NCBI GenBank assembly: GCA_049664045.1
Contig: JBATEO010000058.1
Coordinates: 7,997 to 71,996 of the forward strand
Source of the DNA: Prochlorococcaceae cyanobacterium
GTDB lineage: Bacteria; Cyanobacteriota; Cyanobacteriia; PCC-6307; Cyanobiaceae
Length of the DNA: 64,000 nucleotides
Reading direction: 5' to 3'
Shown: positions 20,215-28,913 of the stretch, piece by piece
How positions within the stretch are numbered: position 1 is the stretch's first letter
Layout of the letters: each line of letters begins with the position of its first letter
Made by a program: the position numbers and the translations under genes
Notes under the pieces: generated by a model
What the model saw: the letters and a program-made list of their open reading frames with translations, nothing else
Told to the model about the DNA's origin: nothing
Database searches by the model: none

Positions 20215-20649
20215 TCAGCCCGCCAGTGCCTTCGCCTGGGCCTGCATCAGCCGCAGGATGTTCAGGAAGCCGTTGGCGCGGGATGGGGTGAGGCTGGCCT
20301 GCAGGCCCGTGACGGCGATGAAGCCGGGGTCGATGGCCACCGCCTGCTCGGGGGTGAGCCCCTCAAGCCCCTCGATCAGCAGGGCCAGCAGGCCCTTGGT
20401 GATGGCGGCGTCGGAGTCGCCCTGCCAGTGCAGCCTGCCGTCCACCAACTGGCCCACCACATACACCTGGGAGACGCAGCCCTTCACCTTGAAGGCGTCG
20501 TTGCGGAACTCCTCTGGCAGGGGCTGAAGCTTCTTGGCCAGCCAGAGCACGTATTCGTAGCGGCGCCGCGGGTCGGTGGTGCAGGCCAGTCGAGCGACGA
20601 TGCGATCGAGGGCCTCGCTGCCCGTGGCGATGGGGGGCGACTCGGCCAT
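20215..20649 (-). CDS. sufE: SufE-family cysteine desulfuration protein
   Basis: 144 aa. RRYEYVLWLAKKL..., the active-site Cys context KVKGCVSQVYV, and LTPSRANGFLNILRLM. Confidence 0.9.
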   Translation of the reverse strand: MAESPPIATGSEALDRIVARLACTTDPRRRYEYVLWLAKKLQPLPEEFRNDAFKVKGCVSQVYVVGQLVDGRLHWQGDSDAAITKGLLALLIEGLEGLTPEQAVAIDPGFIAVTGLQASLTPSRANGFLNILRLMQAQAKALAG

Positions 20650-21207
20650 TCAGCGCCGACGGCGCGCCATCAGCATCATCCCGGCGGCACCGACGAGACC
20701 CACGGCCAGACCACCCACGAGCGGCTGGACCGCACCCGCGGGGCGCTGGACCAGCAGCCGGCCCAGGCCGGTGCGACGCCAGGAGGGCAGACGGGCGGCT
20801 GAGGTGGCCGGAGACTGGGCAAGGGGTTCGGCAGCCTGGGAGCCTCCCGCCTCGGAGAGTTCCAGATAGTCGCGATGGCCGGGGCCCGCATCCACCTGCA
20901 GTTCCCAGTCGGTGGCGGCCTCGCGGGGCACCTCGAAGCGCAGGCGCCCCTCGCCGTCGGTGCGGCCCAGCTCGATCGTCTCGCCGTCGGCACGCAGGAG
21001 TCGCACCGTGGCGTCCTCGGCCGGTTCACCGGTGCTGAACGCGCTCTGCAGCAGAAACTCGCGGCGAACCTGCTCGCTCAGCGGGGAGACCTTCTCCAGG
21101 TTGCTCTGGATGCCGTGGCTCCAGCCGGGAGCGGCGCTCAGGGCGAAGAGCGCCAGGGCTCCGAGGCCGAGGCCTGCGGCATGGTGGCGGGCGGTGGTCT
21201 CAGGCAT
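20650..21207 (-). CDS. hypothetical exported protein with a C-terminal TM anchor
   Basis: 185 aa. It has a signal peptide (LGALALFALSAAPGWS-HG), a beta-rich segment ATVRLLRADGETIELGRTDGEGRLRFEVP reminiscent of transthyretin/carboxypeptidase-regulatory-like folds, and a C-terminal GGLAVGLVGAAGMMLMARRRR. Its stop abuts the sufE ATG directly. Confidence 0.5.
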   Translation of the reverse strand: MPETTARHHAAGLGLGALALFALSAAPGWSHGIQSNLEKVSPLSEQVRREFLLQSAFSTGEPAEDATVRLLRADGETIELGRTDGEGRLRFEVPREAATDWELQVDAGPGHRDYLELSEAGGSQAAEPLAQSPATSAARLPSWRRTGLGRLLVQRPAGAVQPLVGGLAVGLVGAAGMMLMARRRR

Positions 21208-21221
21208 GGGGCGGAGGGGAT

Positions 21222-21428
21222 TCAGCAGTCCTTCCAGCGACTGTCGCGGGTGCGGCCGGCCTGCACCATGCGCACGACCGAACTCACCATCATCGACAGC
21301 GCGTCGTGGGCCTCCCCGCGGGCCTCCAGCTCAGCGGCCAGAACCCGCTCCGATGCGGTTGGAGCGGCTGTGGAGGCCGATGGAACTGTGGTGAACGACC
21401 TTGCCGGACGCGGGGAGGACAGATTCAC
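21222..21428 (-). CDS. possible small hypothetical protein
   Basis: 68 codons, GTG start. The second half has strong third-position G+C bias (…AAELEARGEAHDALSMMVSSVVRMVQAGRTRDSRWKDC). No family recognised. It could be non-coding. Confidence 0.25.
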   Translation of the reverse strand: MNLSSPRPARSFTTVPSASTAAPTASERVLAAELEARGEAHDALSMMVSSVVRMVQAGRTRDSRWKDC

Positions 21429-21511
21429 GGCAGCCGCCAGTTCACTGGCGACGATCTTCGCAAAGGGACGCGGGCGGCGCGGAAATCAGGCGGGCTTTGT
21501 GACGATTGTGT

Positions 21512-21549
21512 CGCGGTCGTCCGCTCTGTCCGCGGTCGTCCGCCCTGCC
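21512..21549. repeat. two tandem 19-nt copies (17/19 identical)
   Basis: cgcggtcgtccgcTctgTc followed by cgcggtcgtccgcCctgCc. The second copy ends at the first base (21549) of the 5-formyl-THF cyclo-ligase stop codon. Confidence 0.8.
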
Positions 21550-22136
21550 TAGGAGCTGCGGCGCTCAAGGCCCCGCTCGCTGATCCAGCCGTCGAAGGGC
21601 ACATCCCAGGGATCACCGGGCAGTTCCTCCAGCACGCACCCGGCTGGCAGCACCGCCAGAGCGGGCACCCGGCGCCAGTCGGGGTTGCCGCGCAGTCGGT
21701 CATACCAGCCGCCGCCGTAGCCGAGACGGATCCCCCGCCGGTCCACGGCCAGGGCGGGTACCAGCAGCAGGCCCAGCTCTGTGGCCTGGAGGGTTCCCGC
21801 TGAGGCCGGTGGTGCCGGGATGCCGCTGGCGTCGGCCTGCAGGGGGTCGCCAAGACGCCAGGGGCGGTACACCATCCGGTCCGCGTCAATGGCGGGAAGG
21901 GCCAGGCGGCCATCCAGAGCGGGAAGCAGGCCTGCCAGCGGGCGGAGGTCGATCTCGCCCTCCAGAGGCCAGTAGACGCCCACCCGTGCAGCGCACGTCT
22001 CCTGGCGGACCAGCACCCCCTCCACCTGACGGATGACCGATGCTTCACAGTCAACCAGCAGCTGCCGGCGCAGGGTCCGGAAGCGCTGCCTCAGGGCCGC
22101 TTTCCGGGCGGCTGTGCCCTGCTCCGGCGCCGTCAT
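21549..22136 (-). CDS. 5-formyltetrahydrofolate cyclo-ligase
   Basis: 195 aa with ALRQRFRTLRRQL, VGVYWPLEGEIDLRPL and LLLVPALAVDRRGIRLGYGGGWYDR (MTHFS family signature). Confidence 0.85.
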   Translation of the reverse strand: MTAPEQGTAARKAALRQRFRTLRRQLLVDCEASVIRQVEGVLVRQETCAARVGVYWPLEGEIDLRPLAGLLPALDGRLALPAIDADRMVYRPWRLGDPLQADASGIPAPPASAGTLQATELGLLLVPALAVDRRGIRLGYGGGWYDRLRGNPDWRRVPALAVLPAGCVLEELPGDPWDVPFDGWISERGLERRSS

Positions 22137-22139
22137 CGC

Positions 22140-22604
22140 TCAGCGCTGAAACCAGCCCGTGAGGGCGGCGGCCAGGGCGTCGGCGGCGTCGTCGGGCCGC
22201 GGCGGCGACTCCAGGCCCAGCTCCCGCATCACCGCAGCGAGCACGTCCTGCTTGTCGGCATGGCCGTTGCCCGTCAGGGCCTGCTTGATCTGCATGGGCG
22301 GAAACTCCCGCACCGGAATGCCGAAGCGCGCCAGCGTCATCACCAGCACGCCCCGTGCCTGCACCACGGCGATGGTGGTGCTGGAGCGATAGAAGAAGAA
22401 CTGCTCCACCACCGCCAGCTGGGGCTGCCAGGTGCGCACCAGCACGCGCAGGTCGCGGGCGATCTCCAGCATCCGCTCACCCTCGCTGGCACCTGGGTCG
22501 GTGCGCAGGATGCCGCAGTCGAGCAGACGCTGGTGCGATCCGGCGGTCTCGATCACGCCGTAGCCGACGCGGGCAAGGCCGGGGTCGATGCCGAGGATGC
22601 GCAC
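22140..22604 (-). CDS. ruvC: crossover junction endodeoxyribonuclease RuvC
   Basis: 154 aa starting MRILGIDPGLARVGYGVIE, with C-terminal DDAADALAAAL. Confidence 0.95.
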   Translation of the reverse strand: MRILGIDPGLARVGYGVIETAGSHQRLLDCGILRTDPGASEGERMLEIARDLRVLVRTWQPQLAVVEQFFFYRSSTTIAVVQARGVLVMTLARFGIPVREFPPMQIKQALTGNGHADKQDVLAAVMRELGLESPPRPDDAADALAAALTGWFQR

Positions 22605-22627
22605 GCTCAGGTCTCCGGCCCGCCCCC

Positions 22628-23716
22628 CTAGGCCGCCAGCACGAGTTCGAAGGCACTGCGGTCGCTCGGCTCGCCCCGCTCGAACACCTTGCAGAACACT
22701 TTCACCACCCGGTCGCCGGAATCGATCTGCTCCAGCGGATCCTTGCGCAGGCGATGGCGCAGGCAGCAGGCCGCCACCCGGGCCACGTCGTCTTCGCTCA
22801 CCTCGGTGCGCCCTTCGAAGGCCGCCAGGGCGCGGGCGGCCCGGTTGGTGACGATGTCCCCCCGCAGGCCGTCCACATCCAGCTCGCCGCAGATGGCGCT
22901 GATGCGGATGCGCAGGTCGTCGTCGATGCGCACCTGGCCGAGGCGCTGCTGGGCCTCCACAACCCGGGCCTGGAGGGCCGCCTGGCTGGGCTGCAGGGCG
23001 GCATGGAAGCCCTCCGGGTCGTCGTCGAACGCCGTGCGCTGGTCCACCACCTGCACGCGCAGCTCGGGATCGCGCACGGTGCGCACCTCAACGCTCATGC
23101 CGAAGCGATCGAGCAGCTGGGGCCGCAGCTCGCCCTCCTCGGGGTTGCCGGAGCCGATCAGCACAAAGCGGGCCGGGTGGCGCACGCTCACGCCCTCGCG
23201 CTCCACCGTGTTCCAGCCGGAGGCGGCCGAATCCAGCAGCACGTCCACCAGGTGGTCGTCGAGCAGGTTCACTTCATCCACATAGAGCAGGCCGCGGTTG
23301 GCCTTGGCCAGCAGGCCCGGCTCGAACGCCCGCACGCCCTCGCTGAGGGCCTTCTCGATGTCGATCGTGCCGCAGAGCCGGTCTTCGGTGGCGCCCAGGG
23401 GCAGGTCCACCATCGGCACCTGGCGCTGCTCGACGGGCAGTTCTTCGCCCTGGCCGATGCGCAGACGCACCTCCTCGCTCTGCAGATCCGGATCCGTGGG
23501 GGAGCTGTTGTAGGGGTCCCCCGCCACCACATCGATCTCCGGCAGCAGGTCGGCGAGGGCGCGGATCGTGGTGCTCTTGCCGGTGCCCCGGTCGCCCATG
23601 ATCATCACGCCGCCGATGCGCGGGTCGATCACGTTGAGCAGCAGGGCCAGCTTCATCTCCTCCTGCCCCACGATCGCGGTGAAGGGGTAGACCCTGCGCT
23701 GGCGGACTGGCGTCAC
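22628..23716 (-). CDS. chlI: magnesium chelatase ATPase subunit I
   Basis: 362 aa with VYPFTAIVGQEEMKLALLLNVIDPRIGGVMIMGDRGTGKSTTIRAL, and LLYVDEVNLLDDHLVDVLLD. Confidence 0.97.
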   Translation of the reverse strand: MTPVRQRRVYPFTAIVGQEEMKLALLLNVIDPRIGGVMIMGDRGTGKSTTIRALADLLPEIDVVAGDPYNSSPTDPDLQSEEVRLRIGQGEELPVEQRQVPMVDLPLGATEDRLCGTIDIEKALSEGVRAFEPGLLAKANRGLLYVDEVNLLDDHLVDVLLDSAASGWNTVEREGVSVRHPARFVLIGSGNPEEGELRPQLLDRFGMSVEVRTVRDPELRVQVVDQRTAFDDDPEGFHAALQPSQAALQARVVEAQQRLGQVRIDDDLRIRISAICGELDVDGLRGDIVTNRAARALAAFEGRTEVSEDDVARVAACCLRHRLRKDPLEQIDSGDRVVKVFCKVFERGEPSDRSAFELVLAA

Positions 23717-25194
23717 GGGCTGCTGCTGGCTGGCTGTTGGGCCGATTGTTTCACAGGCAACAGGCTCAGCACCTGGGGCGGGGTGGCGTCGGCGGGGTAG
23801 ATCAGCCGCACTCGCAGACTGCGGCTGGCCCCCGGTGCCAGGGTCACCGTGCCGAGGGGGGGACTCTTGTCGCCGGCGCGCTGAACCAGATGGAAGCGAC
23901 GCCGGCCGCTGGCCCGCACCGTGCCGGAGTCCGTGGGTGCCGTGACATCGAGGCCGGCCACCTCGATCGGCCCGCGGAACATCACCGCCCGCGCCGGGGT
24001 GGCGTTGAACCGCAGTCCGCCCAGGGGCGGGTCGGTCTTGAGCGGCGATTCCAGGGCCAGCTGCAGCTGCAGCGGCTGGCTGCCGGTGTTGCGGAGGGGG
24101 ATGGTGAGGTCGTACTCGACGCCGTAGTTGCCGTGGGCGGCCCAGGCGGTGCCGGGGTAGAAGGCCTTGAGTTCGGCGGTCTGCACCTGCTCGGTGCCAA
24201 GCCGGCCCCGCTCCAGGGAGGCGATCGGCCAGGAGATCGGAGCGCTCTCGGCGCTCAGCCAGGTTTTGCCGGGGCTGGTGATCGTGCCCCGCCAGACGCT
24301 GCCCACCTGCACCCCGCTCACCCGCGAGTACACCATCCGTCCAGGTGCCCCGCGGGGGGTGGGCTCGTGCTCCTTGGGACTCAGGCCACCGTCCAGGAGC
24401 GCCGCCCAGGTCTCCGGCGCCGGCGGTCGGTCGTTGGGCCCGAAGGCCGCCAGCGTGGCCAGGCTCACTGGGCCGTCGCTCTCCAGGCGCAGCTGCAGGT
24501 TGCGGCCGTTGAGCAGGGGGTCCAGACCCCGCACCGGCAGGGGCAGCACCACCAGCGTGCTGAGCGTGTCGGGGCCGAGGGTCCAGCTATGGGGAATCTC
24601 AGGGCTGCGGTGGCGCTGCAGCAGCTCCGTGGCCACCCGGCTTCCGGGACCGGCCCAGGCCGCCGTGGTGCCCTCGGCAAGCAGCGGCGGCAGGGGCAGG
24701 AACGGGGCGCCGGCCATCGCCGGATCGAGCGACTGCGACAGGGATGTGGATCCCTCCAGCAGGCGCAGCTGCACCGGCTGCCGGCCGCGTGGCTTGGCCA
24801 CCAGCGCCAGCCAGAGGGTGGAGTTCACGGTCTCCGGCTTGCCGGCATACACGTGGTGGCTGAACAGGTCGAAGCGGCCCTCCAGGGCCACGTCCAAGTG
24901 TGCCTCGGGCACACCGCGTCCCTGCCCGGGAAAGGTGGAGATCAGGATGCCCGGCCCGCTGATCAGTTCGGGGTTGTTGTCGTTGACCACCAGCACCCGA
25001 TCCAGCCCCCCGGGCAGCGGCGCCACGGTCTGGGAGCGCAGGATCGGCTCGCGGCTCTGGCCGGCCGGCGGCTGGACTGGAGCCGGTGCGGCCGCTGCGG
25101 CCATGCCGGGGGCCAGCAGCAGGGCACCGGTGAAGGCCAGCAGGCTCTGGCGCAGAGGGGGGAGGGAGGGGAGAGGCATCGGCAGATCAGTCAT
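23713..25194 (-). CDS. conserved cyanobacterial exported protein (DUF3370-like, from memory)
   Basis: 493 aa with a signal peptide (LLAFTGALLLAPGMAAAAAP) and a large beta-rich body (LVVNDNNPELISGPGILISTFPG...). It overlaps by 4 nt with the genes on both sides. Confidence 0.6.
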   Translation of the reverse strand: MTDLPMPLPSLPPLRQSLLAFTGALLLAPGMAAAAAPAPVQPPAGQSREPILRSQTVAPLPGGLDRVLVVNDNNPELISGPGILISTFPGQGRGVPEAHLDVALEGRFDLFSHHVYAGKPETVNSTLWLALVAKPRGRQPVQLRLLEGSTSLSQSLDPAMAGAPFLPLPPLLAEGTTAAWAGPGSRVATELLQRHRSPEIPHSWTLGPDTLSTLVVLPLPVRGLDPLLNGRNLQLRLESDGPVSLATLAAFGPNDRPPAPETWAALLDGGLSPKEHEPTPRGAPGRMVYSRVSGVQVGSVWRGTITSPGKTWLSAESAPISWPIASLERGRLGTEQVQTAELKAFYPGTAWAAHGNYGVEYDLTIPLRNTGSQPLQLQLALESPLKTDPPLGGLRFNATPARAVMFRGPIEVAGLDVTAPTDSGTVRASGRRRFHLVQRAGDKSPPLGTVTLAPGASRSLRVRLIYPADATPPQVLSLLPVKQSAQQPASSSP

Positions 25195-26246
25195 GGACGC
25201 CCCACCAGGGTCTGGGCCGCGGCACCGGCCATGGCGCGGATCAGGTCCGCGGAGCGGGGATCGTTGAAGGGACCGGTGACCATGAAGGCTGCCACGGCCC
25301 GCTGGCCGCTGGGCAGCTGGATCAGTGCGGCGTCGGCATAGGCCGTGCCGATGTCGCCGGTCTTGTTGTGGGCGGTGATGCCCAGGCTGAGCAGTTCGGA
25401 GTCGGGCTTCTCGGCGTCCTTGCCCAGACCACGCAGGATCCCGAGGGGGATCAGGGTGTCGGTTGCGGATGTTCCCATGATTTCCCGGAAGTGGTCGCGG
25501 GCCCTGGGGCTGAGGCTCTCGCCGGTGTCCACCAGGGCGATGGAGCGGGCCAGGTCGCGGGCGCTGGTGGTGTTCGTGCCGTCCAGATCGGGCAGCCAGT
25601 TGTTGATCACCGTGGCTGCCAGGCCCATGGCCTGGAACCGCGCATTGACGGCGCTCCTGCCGCCCAGTCTCTGGATCACCAGGTTGGTGGCGCTGTTGTC
25701 GCTCACCCGGATCATCTCGGTGGCCGCCTCATGGAAGGGGAAGCGGGTGCCGATCGGCCGGGTGGCCATCCAGCCGGCACCCCCGCCCACCAGCTCCTTG
25801 GTGAGCTGCAGGCGGTCGTTCCACTTCACCCGCCCCTGGTCCAGATCCTCCAGGGCCACCACCAGGATCGGTGTCTTGATCGAGCTGGCCGCCGGCATCG
25901 GCTGGTCGGGGGCCAGCTGGGCGTAGCGGCCGTCGTCCAGCACCAGCAGAAAGGCCGTTGCCTTGAGGTCCTTCTGGGCTGCGGCCAGCTGCTGCCAGCG
26001 CTGACTGAGGTCTGCGAGCTCGCGACGAGGCTCGAACCGCCCCGGATCGAGCTGCTGCTGCTGTGGGGTCTGCCCCGGCAGACCGATCGAGGACTGCATG
26101 CTCTCGGCCAGCCTGGGAGCGACCACCTTGAGCGCCGTGCCGGCGATCACCCCCAGCCCGATTCCCATCACCGCCAGGCGCAGCAACAGGAGCAAGGTCT
26201 GCCGCCAGCGACTCTGGGGCGGGCGGGGGGGTCGGCCTGCGGTCAA
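25191..26246 (-). CDS. class A beta-lactamase-like serine hydrolase, membrane anchored
   Basis: 351 aa, TTG start. It has an N-terminal TM segment (LLLLLRLAVMGIGLGVIAG). The motifs S-x-x-K (ASSIK), SDN (RVSDNSATN) and KTG (HNKTGDIG) occur in the canonical order. Confidence 0.75.
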   Translation of the reverse strand: MTAGRPPRPPQSRWRQTLLLLLRLAVMGIGLGVIAGTALKVVAPRLAESMQSSIGLPGQTPQQQQLDPGRFEPRRELADLSQRWQQLAAAQKDLKATAFLLVLDDGRYAQLAPDQPMPAASSIKTPILVVALEDLDQGRVKWNDRLQLTKELVGGGAGWMATRPIGTRFPFHEAATEMIRVSDNSATNLVIQRLGGRSAVNARFQAMGLAATVINNWLPDLDGTNTTSARDLARSIALVDTGESLSPRARDHFREIMGTSATDTLIPLGILRGLGKDAEKPDSELLSLGITAHNKTGDIGTAYADAALIQLPSGQRAVAAFMVTGPFNDPRSADLIRAMAGAAAQTLVGRP

Positions 26247-26272
26247 GGCTGCTCTGAAGCGTCGGGCCGAAG

Positions 26273-27091
26273 TTAAGGGGTGCGGTCCGGATCGTCGCCC
26301 GCCCTGGTGCCAGTGCGGCCGCGGGTACTAGCCCAGCGCAGCTGGCGCACCATTCCACGCAGCAGAGCCGTCTCCGCCGTGCTCACCTGGGCCCGCTGCA
26401 GCAGGGCGCGCAGCTTCGCCATCCGTGCCGCGGCGGTGTGGGGGTGGAGGAACCCCACCGCCAGCAGCAGGTGCTCGGCATCGCCGAGCATCGCCTCGAG
26501 AACGCCGCGCGGGCAGGGATCCGGCTGCTGTGGGGGTGCCCCAGGCCGCTGGCGGTCGCCCTGCGGGCGGTTGTCCTGCAGGCTGTGCCAGTGGTGGAGC
26601 ACCACGGCGGCCGCTTGAGCCAGGTTGAGCGAGCTGTAGGCCGTGGCGGTGTCGATGGTCAGCACCCGGCCGGCCTGGAGCAGCTCGGCGTTGCTCAGTC
26701 CCCGGTCCTCCCGGCCGAACACCAGCGCCCGGGCGCTGGACGTGGCTGGGCTGCGCAGGGCCGCGGGGGGCGCTTCCTGCCGCAGCCAGCGCAGGGCTGT
26801 GTCCATGTCCTGGAGGGGAAGGGGCTCGCCGCTGCACCTCCCGCTGGTGGCCACCACCCTGCCGCAGTCAGCCAGGGCCGCGGTGAGGCTGGGGAACAGC
26901 GCCGCCCGCTCCAGGACGCCTGATGCATGCACGGCCATGCGCAGGGCCTCTTCACTGAGATGGTCACAGCGGGGCGCCACCAGCCGCAGATCGCTCACCC
27001 CGAAGTTGGCGCACACCCGGGCGACGCTGCCCACGTTGAGGGCTCCGGCGGTCTCCACCAGCACCACCGCCAGGGGTGGGGTGCGGCTCAC
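26273..27091 (-). CDS. SpoU/TrmH-family RNA 2'-O-methyltransferase (TrmJ-like)
   Basis: This is the C-terminal 272 codons of ORF 26273..27610: [53 protein letters not shown]. The in-frame GTG at 27091 overlaps the upstream cytochrome stop (GTGA). Confidence 0.8.
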   Translation of the reverse strand: MSRTPPLAVVLVETAGALNVGSVARVCANFGVSDLRLVAPRCDHLSEEALRMAVHASGVLERAALFPSLTAALADCGRVVATSGRCSGEPLPLQDMDTALRWLRQEAPPAALRSPATSSARALVFGREDRGLSNAELLQAGRVLTIDTATAYSSLNLAQAAAVVLHHWHSLQDNRPQGDRQRPGAPPQQPDPCPRGVLEAMLGDAEHLLLAVGFLHPHTAAARMAKLRALLQRAQVSTAETALLRGMVRQLRWASTRGRTGTRAGDDPDRTP

Positions 27092-27438
27092 ACCAGCCCG
27101 TTCAGGTAGGCCAGCAGGTCGGCCATGGCCTGGGGCTCCGGCTGGAAGCGGGGCATGGGCGGGGTGCGTCCACTCACCACCTGGCGGATCAGCTGCCGCT
27201 GGTTCTTGCGCTCCGCCACGCCGTGCAGGTCGGGGCCCACCAGCCCCTGGGCGGCGATGCCGTGGCAGCCCGCGCAGTTGAGCCGGAACAGCAGAGCGCC
27301 ATGCTCCACCGATCCGCTCAGAGCGAGGGTCTGGCGGGTGTAGGGGTCGCTGCGGGCCGCCGGCAGCACCACCAGCACGAGCGCAATGCATGCGGCCGCA
27401 GCCACCAGCACCAGGCCGGCCACCAGGCTGCCGCTCAT
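27088..27438 (-). CDS. cytM: membrane-anchored c-type cytochrome, CytM-like
   Basis: ATG at 27438 within ORF 27088..27582 gives [25 protein letters not shown] (anchor). Also the heme motif CAGCH and [26 protein letters not shown], which matches my recollection of cytochrome cM. Confidence 0.7.
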   Translation of the reverse strand: MSGSLVAGLVLVAAAACIALVLVVLPAARSDPYTRQTLALSGSVEHGALLFRLNCAGCHGIAAQGLVGPDLHGVAERKNQRQLIRQVVSGRTPPMPRFQPEPQAMADLLAYLNGLV

Positions 27439-27600
27439 GCCGGAGCCCTGGTCGCCGGAGGATCCCGCCGGGGCGCTGCTGGTTGGGACGGGACTGTTCA
27501 CGGGACGGTCGCGGGCTGGAGTCGGTGGCGTCACCACCCTGGCGGGCGCAGGGCTGGGACGGCGAGCTCCGGCATGGAACAATTGTGGCCTGACAGCCGC

Positions 27601-28284
27601 TCAGGCCCACCCATGATCGAACCTCTGCTCTGCGGGATCGTGCTCGGTCTGATTCCCGTCACCCTGCTGGGACTGTTCGTGGCGGCCTGGAACCAGTACC
27701 GCCGCGGTTCTCTGCTCGACAGCTGAGTCCTGGCGAGGCTGCAGCAGCAGCACCGTCGTGGAGCCGTAGCGGCGCTGATCGCGCAACTGCCATCCCACAG
27801 GCACCTCCGGCACGGCCCTGGTGCCGCATTCCCAGATCAACGTTCCCTCCGGCCTCAGCCAGCCACCTTCCAGCACCCCCGCCGCGATCGGCGCGTAGAG
27901 CCCCGCGGCATAAGGAGGGTCGGCATAGATCAGGTCGACGCCTCCCTCCTGCGCACGGCCCTGCCGAAGCCAGCGCAGCACTTCGGCGGTGTGCACGGCC
28001 ACGCTGCTGGGACGATCCAGTCCTCGCTGCACCGCCTCCAGGTTTGCGCGCGCCAGGGCGGCCAGGCGCCGGTCCTGCTCCACGGCCAGCACCGCCCCTG
28101 CACCGCGCTGCAGCGCCTCGCAGGCCATGGCACCGCTGCCGGAGCACAGGTCGAGCCAGCGGCAGCCCGCAAGCTCGCCGCCAAGCATGTTCATCACCGC
28201 CAGCCGCACCCGGGAGGGGGTGGGGCGCGCCAGCAATCCCTGCGGACTCTTCAGTCTGCGGCCGCCGCTGAGGCGCAGGCTCAT
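27601..28284 (-). CDS. rsmD: 16S rRNA (guanine966-N2)-methyltransferase RsmD
   Basis: 227 aa with [15 protein letters not shown], the SAM motif [15 protein letters not shown] and the DPPY motif (DLIYADPPY). The first in-frame stop is only at 27601-27603, so the last ~42 codons are antisense to petG. Confidence 0.85.
   Translation of the reverse strand: MSLRLSGGRRLKSPQGLLARPTPSRVRLAVMNMLGGELAGCRWLDLCSGSGAMACEALQRGAGAVLAVEQDRRLAALARANLEAVQRGLDRPSSVAVHTAEVLRWLRQGRAQEGGVDLIYADPPYAAGLYAPIAAGVLEGGWLRPEGTLIWECGTRAVPEVPVGWQLRDQRRYGSTTVLLLQPRQDSAVEQRTAAVLVPGRHEQSQQGDGNQTEHDPAEQRFDHGWA
27613..27726 (+). CDS. petG: cytochrome b6-f complex subunit 5
   Basis: This is the last 37 codons of ORF 27076..27726, starting at the ATG at 27613: [37 protein letters not shown], a typical PetG. 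Confidence 0.9.
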   Translation: MIEPLLCGIVLGLIPVTLLGLFVAAWNQYRRGSLLDS

Positions 28285-28913
28285 GCCGGCAACCAGGCAA
28301 GCCAGCGCCGCAGGATGGCCTCACCCGCGCGGCCCGATTTCTCGGGGTGGAACTGACAGGCGCCGATTGCGCCTTGCCACACCGCGGCGGTCACCGTCGT
28401 TCCCGCGAAGTCAACCCCCGCCGTGCTGATGGTCGGATCCGCGGGGTCGGCGGCGAAGGAATGCACGAAATACACCCACGCTTCAGGGGAGCCCGCCGGC
28501 AGCAGGGGACTCGGGGTGCCGGGGATCAGGGGTTCCCAGCCCATGTGCGGGATCGGATGCCCGGACCGCCGGGGCAGGGCCCGCACCCGACCCGGCAGCA
28601 GCGCCAAGCCCCGGCTGCTGCCTTCGTCGCTGGCCTCGAAGAGCAGCTGCAGCCCCAGACAGATGCCGAGCAGGGGGCGGTCCGCCTCACACCACTGGAG
28701 CAGCGTCCGCTCGAGTCCCGTGGCGCGCAGGCGATCCATGGCCGGATCGAAGGCTCCCACCCCGGGCAGCACCAAGGCCCGGCAGCTGTCGATCACTGCC
28801 GCATCGGCCTGAGGATCAGCCACGTTGAGCACCTCCGCCCCAAGCCGCTCGAAGGCCCTGCGAACCGAGTGCAGGTTGCCCATGCCGTAGTCGATCAGGC
28901 CCAGCCGCGTCAT
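28281..28913 (-). CDS. hisH: imidazole glycerol phosphate synthase, glutamine amidotransferase subunit
   Basis: 210 aa with LIDYGMGNLHSV, LPGVGAF, the catalytic Cys in GICLGLQLL, and CQFHPEKSG. Confidence 0.95.
   Translation of the reverse strand: MTRLGLIDYGMGNLHSVRRAFERLGAEVLNVADPQADAAVIDSCRALVLPGVGAFDPAMDRLRATGLERTLLQWCEADRPLLGICLGLQLLFEASDEGSSRGLALLPGRVRALPRRSGHPIPHMGWEPLIPGTPSPLLPAGSPEAWVYFVHSFAADPADPTISTAGVDFAGTTVTAAVWQGAIGACQFHPEKSGRAGEAILRRWLAWLPA

Noticed and set aside
19330-20802. ORF 19330..20802 (+), 490 aa
   Set aside because: It is antisense to hom and sufE. It has no motifs, and both real genes are confidently identified.
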